Shown here: positions 1-7,200 of the stretch, piece by piece
Layout of the letters: each line of letters opens with the position of its first letter
Numbering within the stretch: the stretch's first letter is position 1
DNA from: a virus
IMG/VR virus record: IMGVR_UViG_3300005573_001166
Span: 1 to 64,000 of that record
Direction: 5' to 3' (one strand)
DNA: 64,000 nucleotides
Notes under the pieces: model-generated
What the model was told of the DNA's origin: nothing
The model's input: only the letters and a program-made list of their open reading frames with translations
Databases searched by the model: none
Position numbers and translations under genes: made by a program

Positions 1-150
1 AGGGAGTTGAAACAACATTTTGGATTTGGTGATTATCAAAGCACAACTCCGCTTTCTATAATTAGATTTGTTAATCTTTCTTGTATATCATTATGTTTGT
101 GTAGTTTGATGTTATTTCAACCTGTACTCTGCCAACGTCAGTATTAGAAT

Positions 151-166
151 GGGGGCGTAAGCCCCC
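151..166. terminator. GC-rich hairpin GGGGGC-GTAA-GCCCCC (terminator or processing site)
   Basis: Perfect 6-bp stem just past the stop of the minus-strand ORF 174-299. A sister hairpin at 655-675 has the same GTATTAGAAT flank. Confidence 0.45.
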
Positions 167-173
167 TAATGTT

Positions 174-299
174 TCACCTCCTCTTTTTTTTGGGGGGCCA
201 ATAAACCCGGCCCTTTGTGTCTATTTGGACACCCCTTTCCAGCAGGGCGTCCAGTGATACCATTTGTATTGCCGGTTTTGTCTTTTTTCGTACTCTCAT
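174..299 (-). CDS. small basic hypothetical protein, 41 aa (MRVRKKTKPAIQMVSLDALLERGVQIDTKGRVYWPPKKKRR)
   Basis: Translated by hand; below the ORF-track cutoff. GGAGG SD upstream of the ATG at 299. Confidence 0.6.
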   Translation of the reverse strand: MRVRKKTKPAIQMVSLDALLERGVQIDTKGRVYWPPKKKRR

Positions 300-316
300 T
301 TATAATCCTCCTTTTT

Positions 317-511
317 TTAGATTTGCTCCCTCAGGTGACGAGGGAGCTTTCTCTTTAGCTCCATGTACAGGGGGATATCCCCCTTTCTAAGAGCCCTTAG
401 CGCCTCCTTAGCTGCCTTCTTGGCTGCCTCCTTATCGGCAGCCAAGTACTTCTCCTCTGACACTATACCCGACTTGTACATATAACTTCCTAGCTTCATT
501 TTCTCTTTCAT
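317..511 (-). CDS. small hypothetical protein
   Basis: ORF with GGAGG SD embedded in the repeated leader. Confidence 0.7.
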   Translation of the reverse strand: MKEKMKLGSYMYKSGIVSEEKYLAADKEAAKKAAKEALRALRKGDIPLYMELKRKLPRHLREQI

Positions 512-583
512 TTTTAAAATCCTCCTTTGGCTTTCTACTAAAAAAGGAAAGGAAGCCGAAAGCCAAAAGCTTCTTTTTCCTAC
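512..583 (-). promoter_or_regulatory. repeated structured 5' leader, copy 1 of 4
   Basis: Minus strand GTAGGAAAAAGAAGC-TTTTGGCTTTCG-GCTTCCTTTCCT...GAAAGCCAAAGGAGG. Near-identical copies at 861-929, 1152-1224 and 2652-2724. Confidence 0.85.
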
Positions 584-585
584 TT

Positions 586-651
586 ACAGGCTTGCCTGCC
601 TCCAGAGAGGCTTACACCGGCGCCGCAAGCAAGCCTGTTAAATGCCGGTAT
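586..651 (-). ncRNA. putative pseudoknotted RNA motif, copy 1
   Basis: Interleaved pairings ATACCGGC/GCCGGTGT and ACAGGCTTGC/GCAAGCCTGT, plus a GCCTC/GAGGC hairpin. Covaries with the copy at 1241-1307. Confidence 0.55.
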
Positions 652-654
652 TAG

Positions 655-675
655 AATGGGGGCTTACGCCCCATT
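655..675. terminator. GC-rich hairpin (GGGGC-GTAA-GCCCC on minus strand)
   Basis: Directly follows the stop of ORF 678-860; homologous to 151-166. Confidence 0.45.
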
Positions 676-677
676 GT

Positions 678-860
678 TTAGTCTTCAAGTTTGATTGTGA
701 TTGTGATCTCACTATCGTTTAACGTAATACTGTTTACTAGAGTTTTTTCCTTCTCGATCTCCTCTAGTTCAGAGGGGCTCAATAATAAAAAGAACTCGTG
801 CGTCTTTGGTCGGTCTTCGCACTTGTAGCAGTAGTAGTGATCACACAAAAATGATATCAT
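678..860 (-). CDS. small CxxC/His protein, paralog of 954-1151
   Basis: CYKCEDRPKTH...LSPSELE aligns with CTSCEHREKEH...LSRSELE. SD present. Confidence 0.75.
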   Translation of the reverse strand: MISFLCDHYYCYKCEDRPKTHEFFLLLSPSELEEIEKEKTLVNSITLNDSEITITIKLED

Positions 861-929
861 TTCAATCCTCCTTTTGGCTTTCTGTAAGTTTAGAAAAGAA
901 GCCGAAAGCCAAAAGCTTCTTTTCCTACT
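861..929 (-). promoter_or_regulatory. repeated structured 5' leader, copy 2
   Basis: Stem GAAAAGAAGC/GCTTCTTTTC. The CTTTTGGCTTTC segment is complementary to GAAAGCCAAAAG, which abuts the SD. Confidence 0.85.
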
Positions 930-953
930 AGCAAGCTGGTTGAAATGTTTGTG

Positions 954-1151
954 TTAACGGTTTACTGTTTTTAAATATGCAACAACAGTAGCTTCATTAA
1001 TTATAAACGTATCCTGATAGTATACAGGGATACGTTTTTTAAGCCTCTCTAGCTCAGAGCGGCTTAATGTTATTGTGAGTTTATGTTCTTTCTCCCGATG
1101 TTCGCAAGAGGTGCAAACACCTTCATTGAAATGTTTCAAAAACACTTTCAT
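954..1151 (-). CDS. small CxxC/His protein, paralog of 678-860
   Basis: Shared CxxCE-x-R-x-K-x-H and LSxSELE motifs. Confidence 0.75.
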   Translation of the reverse strand: MKVFLKHFNEGVCTSCEHREKEHKLTITLSRSELERLKKRIPVYYQDTFIINEATVVAYLKTVNR

Positions 1152-1224
1152 TTTAAAATCCTCCTTTTTGGCTTTCTAAACGAGTTTAGGAAAAGAAGCC
1201 GAAAAGCCAAAAGCTTCTTTTTCC
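1152..1224 (-). promoter_or_regulatory. repeated structured 5' leader, copy 3
   Basis: Same stem, loop and SD arrangement as copies 1 and 2. Confidence 0.85.
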
Positions 1225-1240
1225 CGCTACATCTTTTTAT

Positions 1241-1307
1241 ACAGGCTTGCCCTCCTTTTTGCAGAGGGCTTATGCCGACACCTTCAGCAAGCCTGCAATG
1301 CCGGCAT
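1241..1307 (-). ncRNA. putative pseudoknotted RNA motif, copy 2
   Basis: Pairings ATGCCGGCA/TGTCGGCAT, GCAGGCTT/AAGCCTGT and GCCCTCT/GGAGGGC. Begins immediately after the TAA of the DHH gene. Confidence 0.55.
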
Positions 1308-2114
1308 TTAGTCGTTCAGAAATAAAAGGTCAGCCGATTGAAATCCAGCTGCTCCTTTGTGGCCGCCTCCTCCATACTCGGCGGCTATACTCGATACATC
1401 GATGGCGTCAGAGTATATTGTTACTGTCCAATACCTTTTGTTGTTATCTGCAACCATTCTAAAGGTCATCCAGATAACAACGTCAGGTGCAAACTCCTTC
1501 ATAAACTCAGCCGATTTTATTAGGTCTGAGTTTACGGCAAGAGTTCTGTACCCACGCCATTCCAACAAAAAGCTGCGCTCTTTTAACACAGCTAACGATT
1601 GCTGCCTTATGTATTTGTAGATAGCAGCGCCTTTATCGATGATGGGTTGGCAGTCCTCGGATACTGTATTCCATATTTTTGACGTTGGGCTGGTGTCTTC
1701 TGCATGTATACCATAGGAGAAGTACATCGTACTATCTCCATACTGCCATGCCCATACATCCCTATCCCCTATTAGTTTGATGTACATAGGTACATCAGTA
1801 AAGGGGAACAGATATTCCCAAGTTAGCTCACACGCAGCTGTCCCCACCCGCCTTATGCCAGGAATGTGAGTGGGGAGGTTTTCTATAGCTGTCTTATGGT
1901 GGTCTATCCATATAACACACTCTTCCATTAGAGTAGTAAGCTGTTCCGGGGGAATAGCTATATCAAGAATGTATACTATATCTGCCCCCGTTCCATCGAT
2001 GGCAATATCACCGTGATGTAACGGGGCAAACTCTACATTTTTGTAGCAAGTGCCGACAAGATGGGCGCTTGCACGTCCATCCATGTCGTCGTGATATGCA
2101 ACCTTTACTTTCAT
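1308..2114 (-). CDS. DHH/DHHA1 family phosphoesterase
   Basis: YHDDMDG, ILD, IDHH and C-terminal GGGGHKGAAGF motifs. Confidence 0.9.
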   Translation of the reverse strand: MKVKVAYHDDMDGRASAHLVGTCYKNVEFAPLHHGDIAIDGTGADIVYILDIAIPPEQLTTLMEECVIWIDHHKTAIENLPTHIPGIRRVGTAACELTWEYLFPFTDVPMYIKLIGDRDVWAWQYGDSTMYFSYGIHAEDTSPTSKIWNTVSEDCQPIIDKGAAIYKYIRQQSLAVLKERSFLLEWRGYRTLAVNSDLIKSAEFMKEFAPDVVIWMTFRMVADNNKRYWTVTIYSDAIDVSSIAAEYGGGGHKGAAGFQSADLLFLND

Positions 2115-2126
2115 TTTTCACCACCC

Positions 2127-2651
2127 CTATGTGATGCTGCGGAGTTGCACAGCATCATTGTTTATGGTTAGTACGTATTTGTTACCGATAACAACTTCGT
2201 TATCGGTAACTTCTGTGCTGTCCGTAAACTTGATCGACTCAGGAAACGGCACTTTTCTAATCACATTTCCCTGAAGGTCTACTACCTCGGCTTTATGTAA
2301 CCGTACTACTACCCAATAGGTAGTAGTACGTACTACCAGCTCGCGACCCGCGTCGCCGCTGTAGTAGATCTGTTTTACATTATCCTCCACTCTGTAAATA
2401 ATGAGGGATACCGCGGAGGATAATGTAAGTGTTGCAAATTCTTCTGATACTGTTACAGACATGTCGTTTACCGGCACCCTTAGGCGCTCATGGTAAACAA
2501 CATGCCCGTTTGGCTTGTATACCGTGAAGTCCTTATCATACACTACAGCAACTAAGCCGCATATAAGGGTAGCTAAGTCGCCGTAAAAGCTGTTGACGAG
2601 GATGCCCTCTTGGTATAGAAATATTCTATTCTCTTTCTGTTCTAGCTTCAT
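2127..2651 (-). CDS. hypothetical beta-rich protein
   Basis: Start placed at ATG 2651, directly below the repeated leader and SD. Confidence 0.7.
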   Translation of the reverse strand: MKLEQKENRIFLYQEGILVNSFYGDLATLICGLVAVVYDKDFTVYKPNGHVVYHERLRVPVNDMSVTVSEEFATLTLSSAVSLIIYRVEDNVKQIYYSGDAGRELVVRTTTYWVVVRLHKAEVVDLQGNVIRKVPFPESIKFTDSTEVTDNEVVIGNKYVLTINNDAVQLRSIT

Positions 2652-2724
2652 TTTCAATCCTCCTTTTTTGGCTTTCTAATAAATAACTAGGAAAAAGCCG
2701 AAAGCCGAGAAGCTTCTTTCCTAC
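2652..2724 (-). promoter_or_regulatory. repeated structured 5' leader, copy 4, with a partial pseudoknot motif at 2727-2753
   Basis: Stem TAGGAAAGAAGC/GCTTTTTCCTA. Loop GGCTTTC is complementary to GAAAGCC before the SD. Confidence 0.8.
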
Positions 2725-2762
2725 TTACAGGCTTGCCTCCAGAGAGGCTTACAACTCCGTCC

Positions 2763-2827
2763 TTTTACTAAAAAAGATAATTATCCGGATAATCTCTTTA
2801 TCTGAGATAATACCCTTTTTAGTAAAA
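2763..2827. repeat. nested palindrome: 12-bp inverted repeat enclosing two TTATC/GATAA palindromes
   Basis: TTTTACTAAAAA (2763-2774) / TTTTTAGTAAAA (2816-2827); inner ATTATCCGGATAAT and TTATCTGAGATAA. Confidence 0.8.
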
Positions 2828-2878
2828 ATTGTTTTTTGTTATACTATCTCCACTAATTTCCACCCTACCGCACGCAAT

Positions 2879-3082
2879 CGACAAACAAAAACCTGCTGTA
2901 GAAAAAATCGACATATATATATTAGAGGGTATATTAGACCCGACACATATTAGAGGGCATAATTAGACCGACAAACAAAAAACTGCCGTAGAAAAAACCG
3001 ACATATATATTAGAGGGTATATTAGACCAACATATATTAGAGGGCATAATTAGACCGACACACATATTAGGGTACATATTAG
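2879..3082. repeat. about 90-bp tandem duplication with ATATTAG(AGGG) sub-repeats; candidate origin iterons
   Basis: Units 2879-2968 and 2969-3055 plus a partial third, in the non-coding point where transcription diverges. Confidence 0.8.
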
Positions 3083-3474
3083 GAGAGCCCTCACATCAGA
3101 CCGACAAAAACCTGCTATATTTAACATACTTACAACACAATTTCTTACAGATTTTTTACAAAAGGCGGTTTCAAGTATTACGATACGGGGTCTATTTAGC
3201 GCCCCAGACCCCTGTCTTTCTGGCAACAGATTTAGATATTCTCAGACAACCAAGCTTCGACTTTGGGCAGCCATATACAAAGCAAAACCTGCCGTAGAAA
3301 AAATCAACACTGGTATAAAAATTACGCAGCGGTAATAATCTTACTATAAAAAAATTTTACAGGGGAATGGGGATTTTGGTTTTGGGCAGCCGTATAATAA
3401 ATTCGAGACCGCCATAGAGGAGGCCAACATACGGTATAACAATACAGAGGAAGATCAACTACAGGAGGAGGGGC

Positions 3475-4023
3475 ATGTTTAGGGAATTAATATTTAGGGG
3501 ATTAATAGGCTTACGGGACGCAACGAGTGCCATTTTTTCAAGATTCAGGCAGGAGACGAGCTGGGAGCCTCAGGCACCTGGGAGCATAGAGGACTTGGAA
3601 CATTTTTTACAGCAGGCATACAGATGGAAACGGGACGCGGCACACGGGCTACTGGACAACATGCAAACGATACGCCACATGAACTGGCAACTGGAGACCG
3701 CCAACCGGATAGAGGGGGACTGCGACGACTTCGCCAAATACACCAGTTACATACTACACAGGATGGGCTACAGGGACATATACATAGCCAACATACTAAC
3801 GATGAGGCACGTAATAGTCATATACGGCACGGGGGAGGCATACAACGTATTTTCCAACCACATACACTACCCAATTAGGGCACAGGACCTGGACGACGCG
3901 ATACAGGAATACGCGGCAGCAAACGGCAAGCGTACAAACAGGCACGGATACTTGGTAGAGAGTGCATCAAGATACTTAAGGAGGGAGGGACTTGAGGACA
4001 GCCCTCGGGGAGAGAACACATGA
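3475..4023 (+). CDS. transglutaminase-like (papain-fold) cysteine protease domain protein
   Basis: GDCDDFA motif and downstream HVIVIY; strong SD. Confidence 0.65.
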   Translation: MFRELIFRGLIGLRDATSAIFSRFRQETSWEPQAPGSIEDLEHFLQQAYRWKRDAAHGLLDNMQTIRHMNWQLETANRIEGDCDDFAKYTSYILHRMGYRDIYIANILTMRHVIVIYGTGEAYNVFSNHIHYPIRAQDLDDAIQEYAAANGKRTNRHGYLVESASRYLRREGLEDSPRGENT

Positions 4024-4044
4024 GAGCGTACAGGAGGGAAGGAG

Positions 4045-4356
4045 ATGGAATTTCCTACAGAGATAAAGATAGGCAGGACAATATACGAGATAAGCGGGGA
4101 CGACACATATTTAAACGGCGACATGGGTGTAATAATAGAGGGCGACCCAACAATATACATGGATTTGGACACGGACACACCTGGGGAGGTACTACTACAC
4201 GAGATATGCCATGCGATAGAGGACGCATACAACTTACGGATATTATGGAACAGCCCTAGGCACACAGCATTCATAAAGATACTATACACGGTATTAAGGG
4301 AGAACAACTTACTAAGCGAGAGGTTATACGGGAGGGACAGGATAGAGGAGCGATGA
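4045..4356 (+). CDS. small HEXXH zinc metallopeptidase-like protein
   Basis: VLLHEICHA. Confidence 0.65.
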   Translation: MEFPTEIKIGRTIYEISGDDTYLNGDMGVIIEGDPTIYMDLDTDTPGEVLLHEICHAIEDAYNLRILWNSPRHTAFIKILYTVLRENNLLSERLYGRDRIEER

Positions 4357-4718
4357 TAGAGGACGAGGAATACATAACGGCATTAGCTGCATACGACTTA
4401 CTACCAGAGGAGGACTTAATACTATACTGTGGGGAGACGGGCAACATACTAACATCTGACTACGACACGGTAAACATTTTGGAGAGGCGGGGCATACTAC
4501 AGAGGGCAGACAACAGATACATACTAACCAGGAGGGGACAGGCATACTGGCAATCGTTACACAAGCCTACATTACTAACAAACGAGCGGGTACGTGGGGA
4601 CACGATACTATTAGAATTTTTACTACAGGACATACCACCAGATTACTTACCTCCGTTACTAGTGCACAGCAACGAGCACATACGCCAGCTAGCCAGGCAC
4701 AGGGTACTACGGGTATAG
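4353..4718 (+). CDS. hypothetical protein with C-terminal HEAT-like motif
   Basis: ATGA coupling to the upstream gene. C-terminus resembles that of 39072-39635. Confidence 0.65.
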   Translation: MIEDEEYITALAAYDLLPEEDLILYCGETGNILTSDYDTVNILERRGILQRADNRYILTRRGQAYWQSLHKPTLLTNERVRGDTILLEFLLQDIPPDYLPPLLVHSNEHIRQLARHRVLRV

Positions 4719-4744
4719 GTATATTTTTTTACAGGAGGCAGAGG

Positions 4745-5389
4745 ATGAACCGGATAGTGGAACAATTTATAGAATCGGGTGCTATTATAGAGTACGGCCA
4801 TTGGCAGGAGTGCAGGTCCAGGTTAGGGAGGCCATCGGGGAAGCACTCGGTACCATACTACAAGCTACCTGAATCGGAGAGGGAGGCATACAGGAAGCGG
4901 GCAAGGGGATACATACCATTATTGGGGAGGGTCATAGAGGAACTGGAACAGGAGAAGGAGAGGGAGATATTTTTCATAGAGAGCACATACAGGCACATAG
5001 CTTTGGTACAGAGGGCAGCCTACAGGATTGCGGAGGCGCATCCTGAATTCAACAGTCTAATGGACATATGCCAACAGCATGACATAAGTAAATTCAGCGA
5101 ACCGGAGAGAGCGGCATACATAGAGTTATTACGGAACAGGAGAACGGATTCGGTTGTATTGGAGATACACGCAAAAGCAAACAGCCATCATCCTGAGTAC
5201 TGGAGCAGGGGAACGGACGTAACGGGGATGCCGGCAATATGCATAGCGGAGATGGTAGCCGACTGGCAGGCAACGGAGGGGGATGCGAGGCAACTATTCA
5301 ACAGGATAAGGAACAAGAGGTGGCATTTCAGTTTAGAGCAGGAGGCATTAATAGACAAACTACTTTCTACCTTTGAGGGGGGTGATTAG
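4745..5389 (+). CDS. HD-domain phosphohydrolase, DUF5662-like
   Basis: RHIALV, HDISKFS, NSHHPEYW and EMVADW motifs. Confidence 0.75.
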   Translation: MNRIVEQFIESGAIIEYGHWQECRSRLGRPSGKHSVPYYKLPESEREAYRKRARGYIPLLGRVIEELEQEKEREIFFIESTYRHIALVQRAAYRIAEAHPEFNSLMDICQQHDISKFSEPERAAYIELLRNRRTDSVVLEIHAKANSHHPEYWSRGTDVTGMPAICIAEMVADWQATEGDARQLFNRIRNKRWHFSLEQEALIDKLLSTFEGGD

Positions 5390-5456
5390 TCGGCGGGAGA
5401 AAGGATTCGGTTGGGATGGTTTTTTAACACAGGAAAGTTTTCAGAGGAGGATTCAG

Positions 5457-5750
5457 ATGAGTAGGGACACAATAGCAAAAAGGGTAGCGGAGTTAACAGG
5501 CGAGAGTGTTTTACGCAGCAAGGCAACGGTAAGGGCGGTACTAGCGGCAATAGTACAGGAGGTAGAGGAGAAGGGCAGTGTAACATTACCTGGCTTCGGA
5601 CGATTTTACTTGGGGAAGTTAAAGGAGACTAGGCGTTTCGACATAACGACTCGAGAATTCAGGCCTGTACCTCCAAGGACGCGTTTACGATTCAAGCCTG
5701 GGACTACATTTAAAAGGTTGGTAGAGTCGGAGGAAGCAGAGGAGGCATAG
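5457..5750 (+). CDS. HU/IHF family DNA-binding protein
   Basis: MSRDTIAKRVAELTG...VTLPGFGRF...RLRFKPG. Start moved to ATG 5457 after GGAGG. Confidence 0.9.
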   Translation: MSRDTIAKRVAELTGESVLRSKATVRAVLAAIVQEVEEKGSVTLPGFGRFYLGKLKETRRFDITTREFRPVPPRTRLRFKPGTTFKRLVESEEAEEA

Positions 5751-5751
5751 G

Positions 5752-6540
5752 ATGATAGGCATTGCGATAGTAACAGGCCACCGCCTTAACTACTTACAGA
5801 TAACTTTAGACTCTTTATTTAGGGTAGACGGGATAGGGGACTGCTACAAGTTGCTTTTCCAACTACCTCAGACACCAGAGGAGAGGCGGGAGAAGGCATG
5901 GGTACTATCGCAGTACCCATTAAACGAGATACGGGACACAGCCTACAGGGGAAGGGATGTATTTTTCGAGGCATACCGATATTTATTTTCTTTGGGAATG
6001 GAGCGGGCAATAGTAACATCCGACGACATAATACATAGGCCTGACTTACTGGAATACATAGAGGGCAACCGGAACAGGAAGGCATTTTTACACAGCTTAA
6101 GTGTATTATGGCCAGGATCTATCTCTCAACTTGCTTTCGAATTTTTCAACTTAGGTTTTTTAATAGACAGGGAAGCATTTGAGGAGGTAGACAGATGGTA
6201 CAGGACGGGGTTATATTTGGGGGCAAGGACAAAACACGGCAACTTATTAAAGGATTACGAAACTATACACAATTTTGATACTATAATGGAGACATACATA
6301 ATGACGCACGGTGCATTAAGTAGTTTTCCTGACAAACCTTACATAGCGCATATAGGTTTAACGGGAATATACAGCTACAATGATGAGGTTTGCCTAGAGT
6401 ACGAGAAAAAGCTATTTACAGGCCCACCTAATACTTGGTTAAGGAACGCGATAACATTGATAGAGAGTGAGGAGACATACCCTCCTGAGATAGAGAGGAT
6501 GTTAATACCTAGAACATTCAGATACGGAAGGGAAATATGA
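5752..6540 (+). CDS. GT-A fold glycosyltransferase
   Basis: N-terminal IAIVTGHRLNYLQITLDSL, xDD motif (TSDDI) and HIG motif. Confidence 0.7.
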   Translation: MIGIAIVTGHRLNYLQITLDSLFRVDGIGDCYKLLFQLPQTPEERREKAWVLSQYPLNEIRDTAYRGRDVFFEAYRYLFSLGMERAIVTSDDIIHRPDLLEYIEGNRNRKAFLHSLSVLWPGSISQLAFEFFNLGFLIDREAFEEVDRWYRTGLYLGARTKHGNLLKDYETIHNFDTIMETYIMTHGALSSFPDKPYIAHIGLTGIYSYNDEVCLEYEKKLFTGPPNTWLRNAITLIESEETYPPEIERMLIPRTFRYGREI

Positions 6541-7133
6541 ATAGGGGGATAGGCATAATAGTAAACCAACTAGATTTTTTACAGGCAACTTTAGAGAGTA
6601 TATACGGGATGGATGGGATAGGGGATTGGAATACATACTTATACTTCAACGGCCCTTTAACTACGCAGGAGTACGCAGAGACGATAAACACGATATCTTG
6701 CTACCCTACCACAAAGGCATCATTCAGCCCAAAGCATTTAGGCACATTAGAGAATTACGTGAGGGGGATAAGGGATTTATTTTACATAGAGAAATGCGAT
6801 TTGATATTAGTAACAGAGGCAGGGGTAATACTAAAAAGGGAGACATTAACTTTTTTACAGGATTTCGTAAAGCAGGATGCTTTTTTTTATTGCTTATGCC
6901 CCGGACCTACCTCACCTTTTAGTTACTTACCTACCTTTAATTCTTTAGTTTGGGCAATGGAGAGGGAATGCTTTGAGGCACTAGACCATTGGTTAAAGCT
7001 AAGGAGTTACATACCTCCAACAGACCGGCCACTTAACGAGGTATTTAGTTTATTTTTAGAGAGAACGGGGGCAAAGGCAAAAATGGGAACAGAGAGCTAC
7101 GGAACTTTACTAAAAGACCTGCTATGCATCTAA
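6537..7133 (+). CDS. diverged GT-A paralog of 5752-6540, DD motif lost
   Basis: LQATLESIYGMDGIGD aligns with LQITLDSLFRVDGIGD; ERECFEALDHW aligns with DREAFEEVDRW. Confidence 0.6.
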   Translation: MNRGIGIIVNQLDFLQATLESIYGMDGIGDWNTYLYFNGPLTTQEYAETINTISCYPTTKASFSPKHLGTLENYVRGIRDLFYIEKCDLILVTEAGVILKRETLTFLQDFVKQDAFFYCLCPGPTSPFSYLPTFNSLVWAMERECFEALDHWLKLRSYIPPTDRPLNEVFSLFLERTGAKAKMGTESYGTLLKDLLCI

Positions 7134-7200
7134 TGCCGTTTATGGTGTATTAAAATGGTTATAGGGGGATATCTTTTTCTAGAGTGCGAGGTAAAAGGAT

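Noticed and set aside
1-121. AGGGAGTTGAAAC at the window start resembles the 3' end of a CRISPR repeat; inverted repeats at 3-9/about 44-50 and 6-18/109-121
   Set aside because: No second repeat at spacer distance within the window. It cannot be judged without upstream sequence.
586-1307. Calling the pseudoknot motif a canonical HDV/theta ribozyme or a preQ1 riboswitch
   Set aside because: The topology is similar, but the canonical catalytic or ligand-binding nucleotides could not be matched in both copies, and the helix does not include the SD. Kept only as an unassigned motif.
1083-1620. Plus-strand ORFs over the leftward genes, and many short ORFs antisense to or nested in the rightward genes
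   Set aside because: They overlap well-supported genes, lack SDs and have no recognisable motifs.
2879-3082. Possible CRISPR mini-array
   Set aside because: The intervening sequences are themselves duplicated, so there are no unique spacers. This is a tandem duplication.
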